DNA of 64,000 bases from Patescibacteria group bacterium (GTDB taxonomy: Bacteria; Patescibacteriota; Minisyncoccia; Phycocordibacterales; UBA918): assembly GCA_039188945.1 (NCBI GenBank), contig JBCCYW010000004.1:2313-66312 (forward strand). The letters run 5' to 3'. A program made the translations under genes and the position numbers. Of this stretch, positions 37,598-47,431 are shown piece by piece. The notes beneath the pieces were generated by a model, which did not search any database, had not been told where the DNA came from, and saw nothing but the letters and a program-made list of their open reading frames with translations. Position 1 is the first letter of the stretch. Each line of letters starts with the position of its first letter.

Positions 37598-37867
37598 TTA
37601 ATCCATAATTTCCCACCATGGTCCTACTCTATCAATCCCAGCTCGACCGCGTAATTTCTTTCGATCGCTATCTGAGTCACAGTGAGCATCCTCAATAAAC
37701 GTTAGAGCAGTTATCACTAAAAGTTTTGCTCGTTGAGGATTTTTGGATTTTGATACTCTATGGAGTCGAGCCACCCAATCCATATACTGTCCAAAGAGTA
37801 CTTCTTTGGTTTGCCGACGATATCGATAGAGTATTGGGTGTACAGACTTTATGTCATAACCATACAT
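37598..37867 (-). CDS. Hypothetical protein (89 aa)
   Basis: AAGGAGG RBS 7 nt upstream of ATG. Confidence 0.5.
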   Translation of the reverse strand: MYGYDIKSVHPILYRYRRQTKEVLFGQYMDWVARLHRVSKSKNPQRAKLLVITALTFIEDAHCDSDSDRKKLRGRAGIDRVGPWWEIMD

Positions 37868-37897
37868 CTACTTCCTCCTTATTAAACTCAATCGACT

Positions 37898-39712
37898 TTA
37901 CTCTACCGTCACTGATTTCGCAAGATTGCGTGGTCGGTCAACATTAAAGCCTTTGGCTACCCCGACATAATAGGAAAAAAGATGCAGCGGCATAGTCGAG
38001 ACGATAGGCTGCAGGATAGGATGTACTTTTGGAACATAAAACACTTCATCAGCGATGCCAGCAATCTTTGTATCGCCTTCTGTCGCGATAGCAATAACTG
38101 GTGCACTCCTTGCTTTTACTTCTTCAATATTTGAAATCATTTTTTCGTAGACATTATCTTGTGGCGCAATTGCAATGACCGGGAACTCCTCATCGAGCAT
38201 TGCAATTGAACCATGCTTTAATTCCCCACCAGCATACGCCTCAGCGTGAATATAGGTAATTTCTTTCAGCTTCATGGAGCCCTCGAATGCAATCGGCGCG
38301 TGAAACTTACGGCCAATAAACATAGCATCTCGGTACTTGGTAAAATCTTTAGCTACTCGCTCGATGTTACTAGTATCTTTAAGCATTGTACGGACCACAT
38401 CAGGCAGCTTTGTAAGACCTTCTGCGATCTCCCTCCCTTCTGCTTGCGATAAATGTTTCTCTCGACCAATCAGAAGTGTGAGGAGTACAAAGGCCACCAG
38501 TTGCGAGATGACCACCTTGGTTGAAGCCACTGCAATTTCTGGACCAGCATGGTTGTACATTCCAGCATCGGTCTCGCGGGCAATGGTTGAACCCACCACA
38601 TTGACCATGCCAAGTGTTGAAAGACCAAGCTCTTTAGCAAGCCGAACAGCGGCTAGTGTATCGGCCGTTTCCCCCGATTGGGTAACTGCCAAGAGTGCAC
38701 TTTGTTTATCAGGGATATTTGTTTTGTAGCGATACTCGCTCGCCAACTCAATATCAACCGGCAAGCCAGCGTACTCTTCTAAAATGTACTTCCCTACATG
38801 CCCCGCTAAGTATGCCGAGCCACAACCGGCAATAGAGAGTCGGTTCAGGTTCACAAGTTGTGACAACACGGCCTCAAGTCCACCAAGCTTGGCCCGACCT
38901 TTCTCGACCAACAGTCGGCCCCGAATCGTATTTTCAATCACCTCAGGCGCTTCCATGATCTCTTTTAGCATGAAGTGTTCGTAGCCTTGCTTCTGCACCT
39001 GCTCAACATCCCATTCAACCTTTTCTGGCGCTCGATCTTGTTTCTCACCTTTGATGGTTGTGAGTTCGTAGTCATCCTTCGTAACCACCGCCATCTCACC
39101 ATCATTGAGATACACTACGTCTTTGGTGTGCACCAAAAGCGCCGATGGATCTGACGAGACAAAGTTTCCATCGGCGCCAATTCCTAGCACTATCGGACTA
39201 CCCATTCGAGCGACCACAATCTTGCTCGGATCTTTCTCACTCACTACCGCCAGACCATAGGTGCCGCGCACCATGCCGAGCGCTCCACGTACTGCTTGTT
39301 CGAGATTACCCGCATAGTGTGAGCCAATCAGCTTGGCTAAGACTTCGGTATCGGTATCACTTGTGAATGCAATCCCTTGCATGGCCAGTCCCTCTTTGAG
39401 CTCTTGATAGTTTTCAATAATCCCGTTATGGACGATCCATACAGTCTCGGCCATATCAGCGTGCGGATGGGCATTAGCTTCGGTCGGTGCACCATGAGTG
39501 GCCCAACGCGTGTGAGCAATACCACATGTACCAGGAACAGTATCGGTAATTTTTAGAGCCAGGTTATCAATGGGACCGACAGCCTTAATTGCTCCATACC
39601 CAGGCACAAATATTCCAGCTGAGTCATACCCTCGATACTCTAAAGTCCGAAGTCCTTCCGTTAAAATTGGTTCGGCAGTATGCGAACCGATATAGCCAAA
39701 AATACCGCACAT
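37898..39712 (-). CDS. glmS: Glutamine--fructose-6-phosphate aminotransferase
   Basis: MCGIFGY N-terminal nucleophile, two SIS domains, 604 aa. Confidence 0.95.
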   Translation of the reverse strand: MCGIFGYIGSHTAEPILTEGLRTLEYRGYDSAGIFVPGYGAIKAVGPIDNLALKITDTVPGTCGIAHTRWATHGAPTEANAHPHADMAETVWIVHNGIIENYQELKEGLAMQGIAFTSDTDTEVLAKLIGSHYAGNLEQAVRGALGMVRGTYGLAVVSEKDPSKIVVARMGSPIVLGIGADGNFVSSDPSALLVHTKDVVYLNDGEMAVVTKDDYELTTIKGEKQDRAPEKVEWDVEQVQKQGYEHFMLKEIMEAPEVIENTIRGRLLVEKGRAKLGGLEAVLSQLVNLNRLSIAGCGSAYLAGHVGKYILEEYAGLPVDIELASEYRYKTNIPDKQSALLAVTQSGETADTLAAVRLAKELGLSTLGMVNVVGSTIARETDAGMYNHAGPEIAVASTKVVISQLVAFVLLTLLIGREKHLSQAEGREIAEGLTKLPDVVRTMLKDTSNIERVAKDFTKYRDAMFIGRKFHAPIAFEGSMKLKEITYIHAEAYAGGELKHGSIAMLDEEFPVIAIAPQDNVYEKMISNIEEVKARSAPVIAIATEGDTKIAGIADEVFYVPKVHPILQPIVSTMPLHLFSYYVGVAKGFNVDRPRNLAKSVTVE

Positions 39713-39745
39713 ATACCTAATGATACGGCATTTCCTGGGAAATAG

Positions 39746-41530
39746 TTACTCCTGTAGAAATCCTCCTGCCTGATGTTCCCAGAGGCGCTGGTAGGTGCCC
39801 CCAGCTTGGGTGAGGGTTTGATGGTTTCCATCTTCAACAACTTGGCCTGATTCTAAAACGATAATGCGATCCATTTCGCGGAGCGTTGAGAGACGGTGTG
39901 CGATTGCTACCACCGTTTTTCCAGCCATCAGTTCATGCAAGGCTTTTTGAATCGAGACCTCACTCTCACTATCGAGCGCCGAGGTAGCTTCGTCGAGAAT
40001 CAGTATCGGAGCGTCTTTGAGCATCGCCCGCGCAATCGCCACCCGCTGCTTTTGTCCACCTGAAAGTTTTACGCCGCGCTCTCCCACCAATGTATCGTAG
40101 CTATCTGGAAGCTCAGAAATAAAATCGTGGGCCTGGGCTTTTTTAGCAACCTCGATAATCTCCGCTTCGGTAGCATCTGGCTTTCCGTACGCAATATTTT
40201 CCCGAATCGTGCGATGGAACAACAGAGGCTCTTGCGGCACCACCGCAATATTTTGCCGCAGTGAATCCTGTGTCACTTCAGCAATATTCTGACCATCGAT
40301 CATGATCGCACCACCTGCCAGGTCATGTTGTCGGAGCAAGAGCGACACAAACGTCGTCTTCCCCGCCCCAGATGGACCAACCAACCCGACTCGCTGTCCA
40401 GGGGTGATAGTGAGGTTGAAGTCCTTAAAGACTTTGTTCTCTCCAAACTCAAATTGAACATCCTGCCACTCCATTTTTCCGTTTTGCACATTAAGAATCA
40501 TTGCGTCTGAGGAATCAGAAATCTCAAATGGTCTAATAATCTCTTTCAAACCTTCATCCATATTGCCAAAGAACCGAGCCCAATTAGTGAATGCTCTACC
40601 TATCCAAGTCAGCGTAAATGAAATTTGCAGAATTAGAGAAACAACCAAAACCATATCGCCTGTACCCACCAATCCAGCACGCCAATCAGTATAGAGCAGA
40701 TACATAACAGCGATGAGAAACAATCCTAAAATAACGATATTAACAATTTGAGTTCGATCACTAAACATCCAATTTCTCCGCTGAGCATTACGGTATGTGG
40801 TACTGAGCCTATCTACAGTTTCATTTTCGTTATTACTAGCAGTGTACTGACGTACAGAAACATTGTTTGTGAAAATATCAGTGACATGACCCTGTAGTTT
40901 TGAGGATGCCTCAGCTCCCTTTCTAGACAACTCTCGTTTTTTTGGCACAAACCTAAGATTGATCAGAATCAAAAATAATACGAGTGCAGCAAACAAACCG
41001 GCGATTTTTACATCGACAATGTACATAATTGCAAATGTAGTTATAAAACTCGCAACAACACTTACATATGTCCAAACAATCTCTGTAATTAACTGTTCTA
41101 GAGAATTGGCAACGTTAGATACTTTTCCAGTGAGGGTGCCAGCAAATCTGTCAGTAAAGTAGCTGTGGCTATGCTTAAGCGCATAATTAGTCAACTGATC
41201 ACAGGTATCCTTTTTACCGCTGGTCACCCAGAACATTGTGAGCCAACTACTCGCACGATGAGACAGCTGCACGAGCATGACAACTATCGGTAATCCAATA
41301 ACACTTAGCAGTACAATCTGCTGATCTCCTGCTTCAACACCATCGATGATGAACTTGTAGAAAAATGGAACTGACTGGTTTAGAACAGCGGAAACAACTT
41401 CAACCGAAATACCGCCAATCACAAAAACGAAGTGTGGCTGTGAAATATAAGCTAGAAATCCTAATGGTGTATCAGGTATCGACGGAATATGAGCCGCTCC
41501 GGGAGCGGTTGTAGAAACGTCTTTATGCAT
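39746..41530 (-). CDS. ABC transporter permease/ATPase fusion (MsbA-like exporter)
   Basis: 6 TM + Walker A GPSGAGKTT, LSGGQKQRVAIARA, ILDEATSALD. Confidence 0.9.
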   Translation of the reverse strand: MHKDVSTTAPGAAHIPSIPDTPLGFLAYISQPHFVFVIGGISVEVVSAVLNQSVPFFYKFIIDGVEAGDQQIVLLSVIGLPIVVMLVQLSHRASSWLTMFWVTSGKKDTCDQLTNYALKHSHSYFTDRFAGTLTGKVSNVANSLEQLITEIVWTYVSVVASFITTFAIMYIVDVKIAGLFAALVLFLILINLRFVPKKRELSRKGAEASSKLQGHVTDIFTNNVSVRQYTASNNENETVDRLSTTYRNAQRRNWMFSDRTQIVNIVILGLFLIAVMYLLYTDWRAGLVGTGDMVLVVSLILQISFTLTWIGRAFTNWARFFGNMDEGLKEIIRPFEISDSSDAMILNVQNGKMEWQDVQFEFGENKVFKDFNLTITPGQRVGLVGPSGAGKTTFVSLLLRQHDLAGGAIMIDGQNIAEVTQDSLRQNIAVVPQEPLLFHRTIRENIAYGKPDATEAEIIEVAKKAQAHDFISELPDSYDTLVGERGVKLSGGQKQRVAIARAMLKDAPILILDEATSALDSESEVSIQKALHELMAGKTVVAIAHRLSTLREMDRIIVLESGQVVEDGNHQTLTQAGGTYQRLWEHQAGGFLQE

Positions 41531-41615
41531 ATGTAAAGGTGGCTTAGAGAGTAAGCAGGTAGTTATGTAGACGGATGAAACCGTGCTTTCTTACCAGAAG
41601 GGCTTGATTAAGCCA

Positions 41616-42179
41616 CTAGTGCGACAAACCTAGTATAGCATGAGCAGAGATTGCTCCTTCGCGGATGATTTCGATATCATCATCCACTACTTTTATTACC
41701 GTCGACGGTTGGCCAGAACGAGGACCGTCGTCGACCACTTTGTCGATAAGCGAAGCCTTATCACCAAACTGCTTCAGGATTGCTTCGGGAGTTTGTTCGG
41801 TTGCCAAGCCAGAAACATTGGCGCTGGTGCAAGTAAGCGGGGCATTGTGTTGTTCCATGAACTCTGCAATCACCTGTTGCGCGATTGGGTCGGGAGAGAT
41901 TCGAAAACTCACTGTGTTGTCTGGACCCCTAAGATCTGGCGGAATATTTTCTTTAGCTGGCAACACTAAGGTGAGCGGGCCGGGTAGAAATTGCGAAGCA
42001 ATTTCTGCCGCTTTTGATGAAAGCTCACCATACTGCGCGATATCTTCGATATCGCGCACCAGCCACGACAAAAACTTCTCTTCTCCCCTCCCCTTTAGGA
42101 AATTTAATGATTCTATAGCAGCATCATCAAGCGCATTCGCTCCCAGCGCATAGATTGTTTCGGTTGGGTAGAGGATCAT
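41616..42179 (-). CDS. tsaC: L-threonylcarbamoyladenylate synthase (YrdC/Sua5 family)
   Basis: ILYPTETIYALGANALD... YrdC fold signature. Confidence 0.8.
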   Translation of the reverse strand: MILYPTETIYALGANALDDAAIESLNFLKGRGEEKFLSWLVRDIEDIAQYGELSSKAAEIASQFLPGPLTLVLPAKENIPPDLRGPDNTVSFRISPDPIAQQVIAEFMEQHNAPLTCTSANVSGLATEQTPEAILKQFGDKASLIDKVVDDGPRSGQPSTVIKVVDDDIEIIREGAISAHAILGLSH

Positions 42180-42185
42180 TTTAGA

Positions 42186-43064
42186 TTACTTATTTTCGAG
42201 GTAATCTATTAGTTTCTGCTTAATTAAATTTACACCTCCAATATCTGTAGATTTATAGTAATCACCCTCTGGTGTTATCTGATAAAAATCTGGGTCATCA
42301 GTGGCAAAGGATTTAATCGCCGAACCAAAGTCAATAAGGTACGGTGTCCCGTCTTCTCCAACATATACATTTCCAGTATTACCACTTATATCTCTATGGT
42401 GATATCCGTGTTCGTTCAAGAAAATTATTCCGGCTTTTAATTTTTCAAAGAAAACATCTATGTCTACACCCTCTGGCCAAGTTGCGTTGTTTCGCTCATA
42501 AATGATGTCTGAAATACTGCACCCATACAACCGTTGCATCTTGATTGCCAAAACTTCATGAGTATTAACGAAACCCTCAACAGAGGGACACAGTAAGCCT
42601 GTATTCGAATCTTCTAGCAACTTCCCACACTGGTGTTGCAACAACGCTTCTCTGGATATGTTGGCACCAATCTTTTTTGCTCTCTCCAAAAATAAGGACT
42701 TGTAGCAAATGTCTTTTTGTCTGGTACTCGCAATAACCTCACCGTTTTCTCCTTTTCCTAAAAAAAAGTCCGCGCCTTGCTCATGAGCCCGATCAAGACT
42801 CTCTTGTATCGCTTCAGGATTGTTGGTAATAACCTCCATAGTGTCTGGTATCTCAGTCCATTCACTCGGCAGCAAGGCCCGCTTTCTTAAGATCAACTTT
42901 TCAGTAAGATAATCAACAGCATCTTTGTCACTAAAATCCTCAACCTCACCCCACAACATTTCTTGCAACTCATTCGGAAACTCTGAAATCAAGACATCTA
43001 CAGCATCTGAGCCATCCTCTTGTTCAAGTTTACGTTCTATTGTTGACTTGATTCTGTCTAGCAT
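42186..43064 (-). CDS. Protein-kinase-fold protein (Gly-rich loop LGKGENGEV, ICYK lysine, HRD catalytic loop, DFG), 7 nt upstream of tsaC
   Basis: Motifs seen in translation: HGYHHRDISGNTGNVYV...LIDFGSA. Confidence 0.55.
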   Translation of the reverse strand: MLDRIKSTIERKLEQEDGSDAVDVLISEFPNELQEMLWGEVEDFSDKDAVDYLTEKLILRKRALLPSEWTEIPDTMEVITNNPEAIQESLDRAHEQGADFFLGKGENGEVIASTRQKDICYKSLFLERAKKIGANISREALLQHQCGKLLEDSNTGLLCPSVEGFVNTHEVLAIKMQRLYGCSISDIIYERNNATWPEGVDIDVFFEKLKAGIIFLNEHGYHHRDISGNTGNVYVGEDGTPYLIDFGSAIKSFATDDPDFYQITPEGDYYKSTDIGGVNLIKQKLIDYLENK

Positions 43065-43156
43065 TACAAAATAGTACCACTTACACCTCTGCTTTCAACT
43101 CATAGAAAATAAGGTTTTTTGTGTATATTTTTTGTGTATACTACTCCAACACTTTT

Positions 43157-43207
43157 GCGCATGTAGCTCAGCTGGTTAGTGGTTTGAATAAATCCCATTT
43201 ATTCAAA
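43157..43207 (+). repeat. Orphan tRNA 5' fragment (GCGCATGTAGCTCAGCTGGTTAGTGG; no anticodon/T arm) followed by perfect hairpin TTTGAATAAAT-CCC-ATTTATTCAAA, upstream of tRNA-Val
   Basis: Seen in sequence; resembles tRNA-Ile/Ala 5' halves. Confidence 0.55.
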
Positions 43208-43250
43208 CCATTTCCATTTTGAGGTCGGGCTAGAAGTTACAAATCAATAT

Positions 43251-43323
43251 GTCCGGTTAGCTCAGCTGGTAGAGCGCTACATTGACATTGTAGAGGTCAC
43301 AAGTTCAAGTCTTGTACCGGACA
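43251..43323 (+). tRNA. tRNA-Val (anticodon GAC)
   Basis: GTCCGGTTAGCTCAGCTGGTAGAGCGCTACATTGACATTGTAGAGGTCACAAGTTCAAGTCTTGTACCGGACA. Confidence 0.85.
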
Positions 43324-43406
43324 CAACACCTGGGAGGTGTTGTGTCGATGTATCACCACTGAACGCGGCCGACAAACACCTGCGACAGCTGTGTTTGTTG
43401 AGTAAT

Positions 43407-44585
43407 ATGAACATCCTCTCAATTGAAACCTCAGCCGATGAAACTGGCGTAACCATCGTGGAAGCGTTGGGTGATTTCCCGACAGCAACATACAACGTGC
43501 TTGGTAACGCTGTACGAACGCAGATTGAAATGCACCGTGAATACGGCGGCATTTTCCCGGCCATGGCCAAGCGTGAACACGCCCTCGCCTTAGTTCCCCT
43601 TTTAGAAGCGGCGGTCGCTGAACATGGTTACAAGAAGGAATCTATTTCAGACATCGAGCCTGAGTTGGAAGAAAAAATTCGCACCATTCTCGAACGCGAA
43701 CCAAGCCTGGCAGACAACCTCCTCACCTTCCACAAAGAGCATGGCCCACTTCCAATTGAACTGGTTGCCGTCACCTCTGGCCCTGGGCTTGAACCCGCTC
43801 TATGGGTCGGCGTGAACTTTGCTCGGGCTCTGTCGCTTTTGTGGAACGTTCCAATGGTGCCAGTGAACCATATGGAGGGGCATATCCTAGCCAGTATTTT
43901 TGATGTTGAAGAGGACGATGAACTAACCCGGATCGAGTTCCCAGCGCTTTCCCTTCTGATTTCTGGCGGCCACACCGAACTCGTGCGAATGGATGACTGG
44001 GCACAATATGAAAAAATTGGTCAGACTCGCGATGACGCCGTCGGTGAAGCATTTGATAAAGTCGCGCGGATGATGGGGTTGCCGTATCCGGGAGGGCCCG
44101 AGATTGGCGCGCGAGCGAAGCGAGCGCGCCTAAAGAACTTGCCGCAGTTTACTGAACTCCCGCTGCCAATGCTCCACTCGGGTGATTTAGATATGTCGTT
44201 CTCAGGCCTCAAGACCGCCGTGCGATACGCCATTGAAGGCAAAGAACTGACGGAAGAGCAAAAAGAAGCATTGTCACGAGATTTTGAAGATGTGGTTACT
44301 GAAATATTGTTGAAGAAAACTAGCGCCGCAATCGAAGATTGCGGCGCCCACACCCTCATCGTTGGCGGCGGTGTTTCAGCGAGCCCACACCTGCGGCACG
44401 AGTTCAACAAGTATTTTCTGGAGCACTATCCTGACATCTCTGTCTACTTCCCTGTCCCCGGTCTTTCTACCGACAATAGTCTTATGATTGCGCTGGCTGG
44501 CCACGCCCGCCTCTCAGAAGCTCTCGCCCCTCGCGCCACTGATTTAATACGCGCTGACGGCAACCGCTCCCTTTCAAACGAATAG
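43407..44585 (+). CDS. tsaD: tRNA N6-adenosine threonylcarbamoyltransferase (Kae1/TsaD family)
   Basis: ILSIETSADETGV, VPVNHMEGH metal-binding motif, GGGVSAS. Confidence 0.8.
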   Translation: MNILSIETSADETGVTIVEALGDFPTATYNVLGNAVRTQIEMHREYGGIFPAMAKREHALALVPLLEAAVAEHGYKKESISDIEPELEEKIRTILEREPSLADNLLTFHKEHGPLPIELVAVTSGPGLEPALWVGVNFARALSLLWNVPMVPVNHMEGHILASIFDVEEDDELTRIEFPALSLLISGGHTELVRMDDWAQYEKIGQTRDDAVGEAFDKVARMMGLPYPGGPEIGARAKRARLKNLPQFTELPLPMLHSGDLDMSFSGLKTAVRYAIEGKELTEEQKEALSRDFEDVVTEILLKKTSAAIEDCGAHTLIVGGGVSASPHLRHEFNKYFLEHYPDISVYFPVPGLSTDNSLMIALAGHARLSEALAPRATDLIRADGNRSLSNE

Positions 44586-44624
44586 TGTTGTCTTATAAGG
44601 TTCCTTGCGGTATCGTAGGATTCT

Positions 44625-46787
44625 ATGAAACAAGAGGTGCCAGAAATTTTCTTAAAGCCCTACGACTCAAAAGAGCACGAGGAAAAGCTCTACCAGATGT
44701 GGGAAGCATCAGGTTTTTTTAATCCTGATATTTGCGTAGAGAAAGGTGTAACTAAACCTGATGCTGAAGCATTTAGCATAATCATGCCTCCACCAAATGC
44801 CAATGGGCGGCTACACGCTGGACACGGCACAGATATGACGCTCAAAGACATCATGACTCGTTTTCACCGAATGCAAGGCAAGAAGACGCTGTTTCTTCCA
44901 GGTTCAGATCACGCTGGTTTTGAAACCCAAGGAGTATTTGAGAAAAAACTGCAAAAAGAAGGCCGGTCTCGCTTCGGTATGGACCGAGAGGAGCTCTACC
45001 AAGAAATCTGGGATTTTGTTCAGGAGAACAAAGGAGCTATGGAGAGCGACCTGCGAGCTTTGGGTGTTTCTTGTGACTGGTCGCGCAACACCTTTACCCT
45101 CGATCCCGAGATAGTCACCAAAGTTCAGGAAACATTCGTAAAAATGTATGAAGACGGACTTATCTATCGAGGCCGCCGAAGTATCCACTGGAATCCAAAA
45201 TTCCAAACCTCTCTCTCAGACATTGAGACAATGTTTGAAGACCGCAAGACACCTTTCTACTACTTCAAGTACGGACCGTTTACGATTGGTACCGTGCGCC
45301 CTGAGACGAAATTCTCAGATAAATATGTTGTGGTACACCCCAACGACAAGCGTTATGTAGAGTACGAGCATATGCAGGAGCTTGAAGTAGAGTGGATCAA
45401 TGGACCAATTAAGGCCACTGTCATCAAAGATGAAGCAGCTGACATGGAGAAAGGGTCTGGAGCGATGACAATTACCCCTTGGCATTCAGCGGTCGACTTT
45501 GAGCTAGCACAAAAATACAACCTTCCGATGGAGCAGATCATTGATTGGAACGGCAAGCTGCTCCCAGTTGCTGGAGAGTTTGCCGGCATGAATATTACCG
45601 TCGCCAGAGAAAAAATTGTTGAGAAACTTAAAGAGAAAGGTTTGCTGGTTGAAGTAGACGAAGACTACGTGAATGCTGTGAGGCTCTGTGAGCGAACTGG
45701 TGTCGTCGTTGAACCTCAAGTAAAAGATCAGTGGTTTGTGAAAATGGACAGCTTTGCCCAGTCTGTGCTCGACCAGCTCGCCAGTGGCGAAACAAATATC
45801 CTGACTACCACCCACGAGAAAACTCTGCGCCATTGGATGAACAACTCCCAAGACTGGAATATTTCAAGACAGATTGTCTGGGGCATCCGTATCCCGGCCT
45901 GGTTCCGCACTATAGATGGCAAAGAAGAAATGACGGCCAGTCTTACCGAACCAGCTGGTGAAGGTTGGATGCAAGACGAAGACACCTTCGACACTTGGTT
46001 TTCATCAGGCCAATGGCCAGTGCTGACGCTGCGCTATCCAGATCATCAAGACTTTAAAACCTTCTACCCTACTTCAGTGATGGAAACTGGGGCTGACTTA
46101 GTATTCAAATGGGTGCCGCGAATGATGATGTTCGGCAAATACCTGACTGGTAAGGCGCCATTCAAAACCATCTATTTCCACGGTATGGTGCTTGATAAGC
46201 ATGGTAAAAAAATGAGTAAGAGTAAAGGTAATGTGCTTTCACCGATTAAGCTAGGAGAAGAATTTGGTACTGACGCTACCCGTATGGCGTTTGTGGTGGC
46301 CAACCCTCCTGGGGCAGACATGCCGCTTTCAGAAGATAAAGTACGAGCCTACAAGAAGTTTGCTAATAAGATTTGGAACATCTCTCGCTTCACACTAGAT
46401 AGCGTTTCAGATATGTCTCACGACAGCGAACCTTCATATAGTCAGCGCGACACAGAAATTCTGGCATCGTTGGCTGATAATACTAAAGAGATCACCGAAG
46501 ACATCGAAAAATTCCGGTTACACTTAGCGGCTGAAAAGATTTATCACTATATATGGCACGAACTGGCAGACAAGATTCTTGAGGAATCGAAAGAAGTTAT
46601 TAATGGCGAAGACGTAGCAGCGAAACTAGCTCGCCAGCATGTTCTCAAGGAATGTCTCGTCACTTCTCTGAAGCTCCTCCACCCTTTCATGCCATACGTG
46701 ACCGAGGCTGTCTGGCAAGAACTACCGAAAGAAATACGTGATCGAGACATTTTGATGGTGGCGCAGTGGCCAAAATCTTCTTCTTAA
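44625..46787 (+). CDS. valS: Valyl-tRNA synthetase (compact, 720 aa)
   Basis: PPPNANGRLHAGH (HIGH), KMSKSKGNV, DTFDTWFSSGQWP. Confidence 0.8.
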   Translation: MKQEVPEIFLKPYDSKEHEEKLYQMWEASGFFNPDICVEKGVTKPDAEAFSIIMPPPNANGRLHAGHGTDMTLKDIMTRFHRMQGKKTLFLPGSDHAGFETQGVFEKKLQKEGRSRFGMDREELYQEIWDFVQENKGAMESDLRALGVSCDWSRNTFTLDPEIVTKVQETFVKMYEDGLIYRGRRSIHWNPKFQTSLSDIETMFEDRKTPFYYFKYGPFTIGTVRPETKFSDKYVVVHPNDKRYVEYEHMQELEVEWINGPIKATVIKDEAADMEKGSGAMTITPWHSAVDFELAQKYNLPMEQIIDWNGKLLPVAGEFAGMNITVAREKIVEKLKEKGLLVEVDEDYVNAVRLCERTGVVVEPQVKDQWFVKMDSFAQSVLDQLASGETNILTTTHEKTLRHWMNNSQDWNISRQIVWGIRIPAWFRTIDGKEEMTASLTEPAGEGWMQDEDTFDTWFSSGQWPVLTLRYPDHQDFKTFYPTSVMETGADLVFKWVPRMMMFGKYLTGKAPFKTIYFHGMVLDKHGKKMSKSKGNVLSPIKLGEEFGTDATRMAFVVANPPGADMPLSEDKVRAYKKFANKIWNISRFTLDSVSDMSHDSEPSYSQRDTEILASLADNTKEITEDIEKFRLHLAAEKIYHYIWHELADKILEESKEVINGEDVAAKLARQHVLKECLVTSLKLLHPFMPYVTEAVWQELPKEIRDRDILMVAQWPKSSS

Positions 46788-46829
46788 GGTAGTATCGATT
46801 AAGAAACCAATTGCGACAGAGAGGTTGAA

Positions 46830-47069
46830 ATGGGCTTGATTGTTGCTGCCACACTGACACACCCAGGTAGTCTTGCAGGTGAAGACTGGAGTGCTTGGTT
46901 GAGAGATCTTGTCGAAAAAGAGTCTGGGTATGAGGCGCACATTCATTCGACAGGTGGTCGTGCCCCAGTCTCTGCCGGCCAAAGGATCTCTCTCAGAGTC
47001 ATGCCTCAACCAGAAGACAGACCGAGAGGATTAAGAGACCCAGTATCAGCTGAAATGCAGATACTGTGA
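46830..47069 (+). CDS. Small hypothetical protein (79 aa)
   Basis: GAGAGG RBS before ATG. Confidence 0.45.
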   Translation: MGLIVAATLTHPGSLAGEDWSAWLRDLVEKESGYEAHIHSTGGRAPVSAGQRISLRVMPQPEDRPRGLRDPVSAEMQIL

Positions 47070-47095
47070 GTCAAGACAGTACCTGATCCCCGACG

Positions 47096-47121
47096 GGCCG
47101 CGCGATAGCGCGGCCTTTTTG
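47096..47121 (+). terminator. Intrinsic terminator GGCCGCGC-GATA-GCGCGGCC + TTTTT
   Basis: Seen in sequence. Confidence 0.7.
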
Positions 47122-47159
47122 ATTTACACCTCCAGATTATTCTGCTATCAATAACACAT

Positions 47160-47396
47160 ATGGAATCACCTGAACAAAAGACACATTCTGAAGTCGAGAA
47201 ACAATATATCGCTATCATCAAGCGCCTGCATGAAATACCAACTGACACAGAAGATGAGGCTTTGACTGAAGAAAAAATCAATCTATACGAACAGCTGAAA
47301 GATATCAGGGACAACCACCCTGATATCACAAAAGAGATTGATATGCGTGAGCAATTTGGTTATCCAGAATACGAAAACAAACCTGCCGACAACTAG
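47160..47396 (+). CDS. Small acidic hypothetical protein (78 aa)
   Basis: ORF only. Confidence 0.35.
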   Translation: MESPEQKTHSEVEKQYIAIIKRLHEIPTDTEDEALTEEKINLYEQLKDIRDNHPDITKEIDMREQFGYPEYENKPADN

Positions 47397-47431
47397 TATC
47401 ACGTCGGTAGATTACTGCTACAATACTACTC

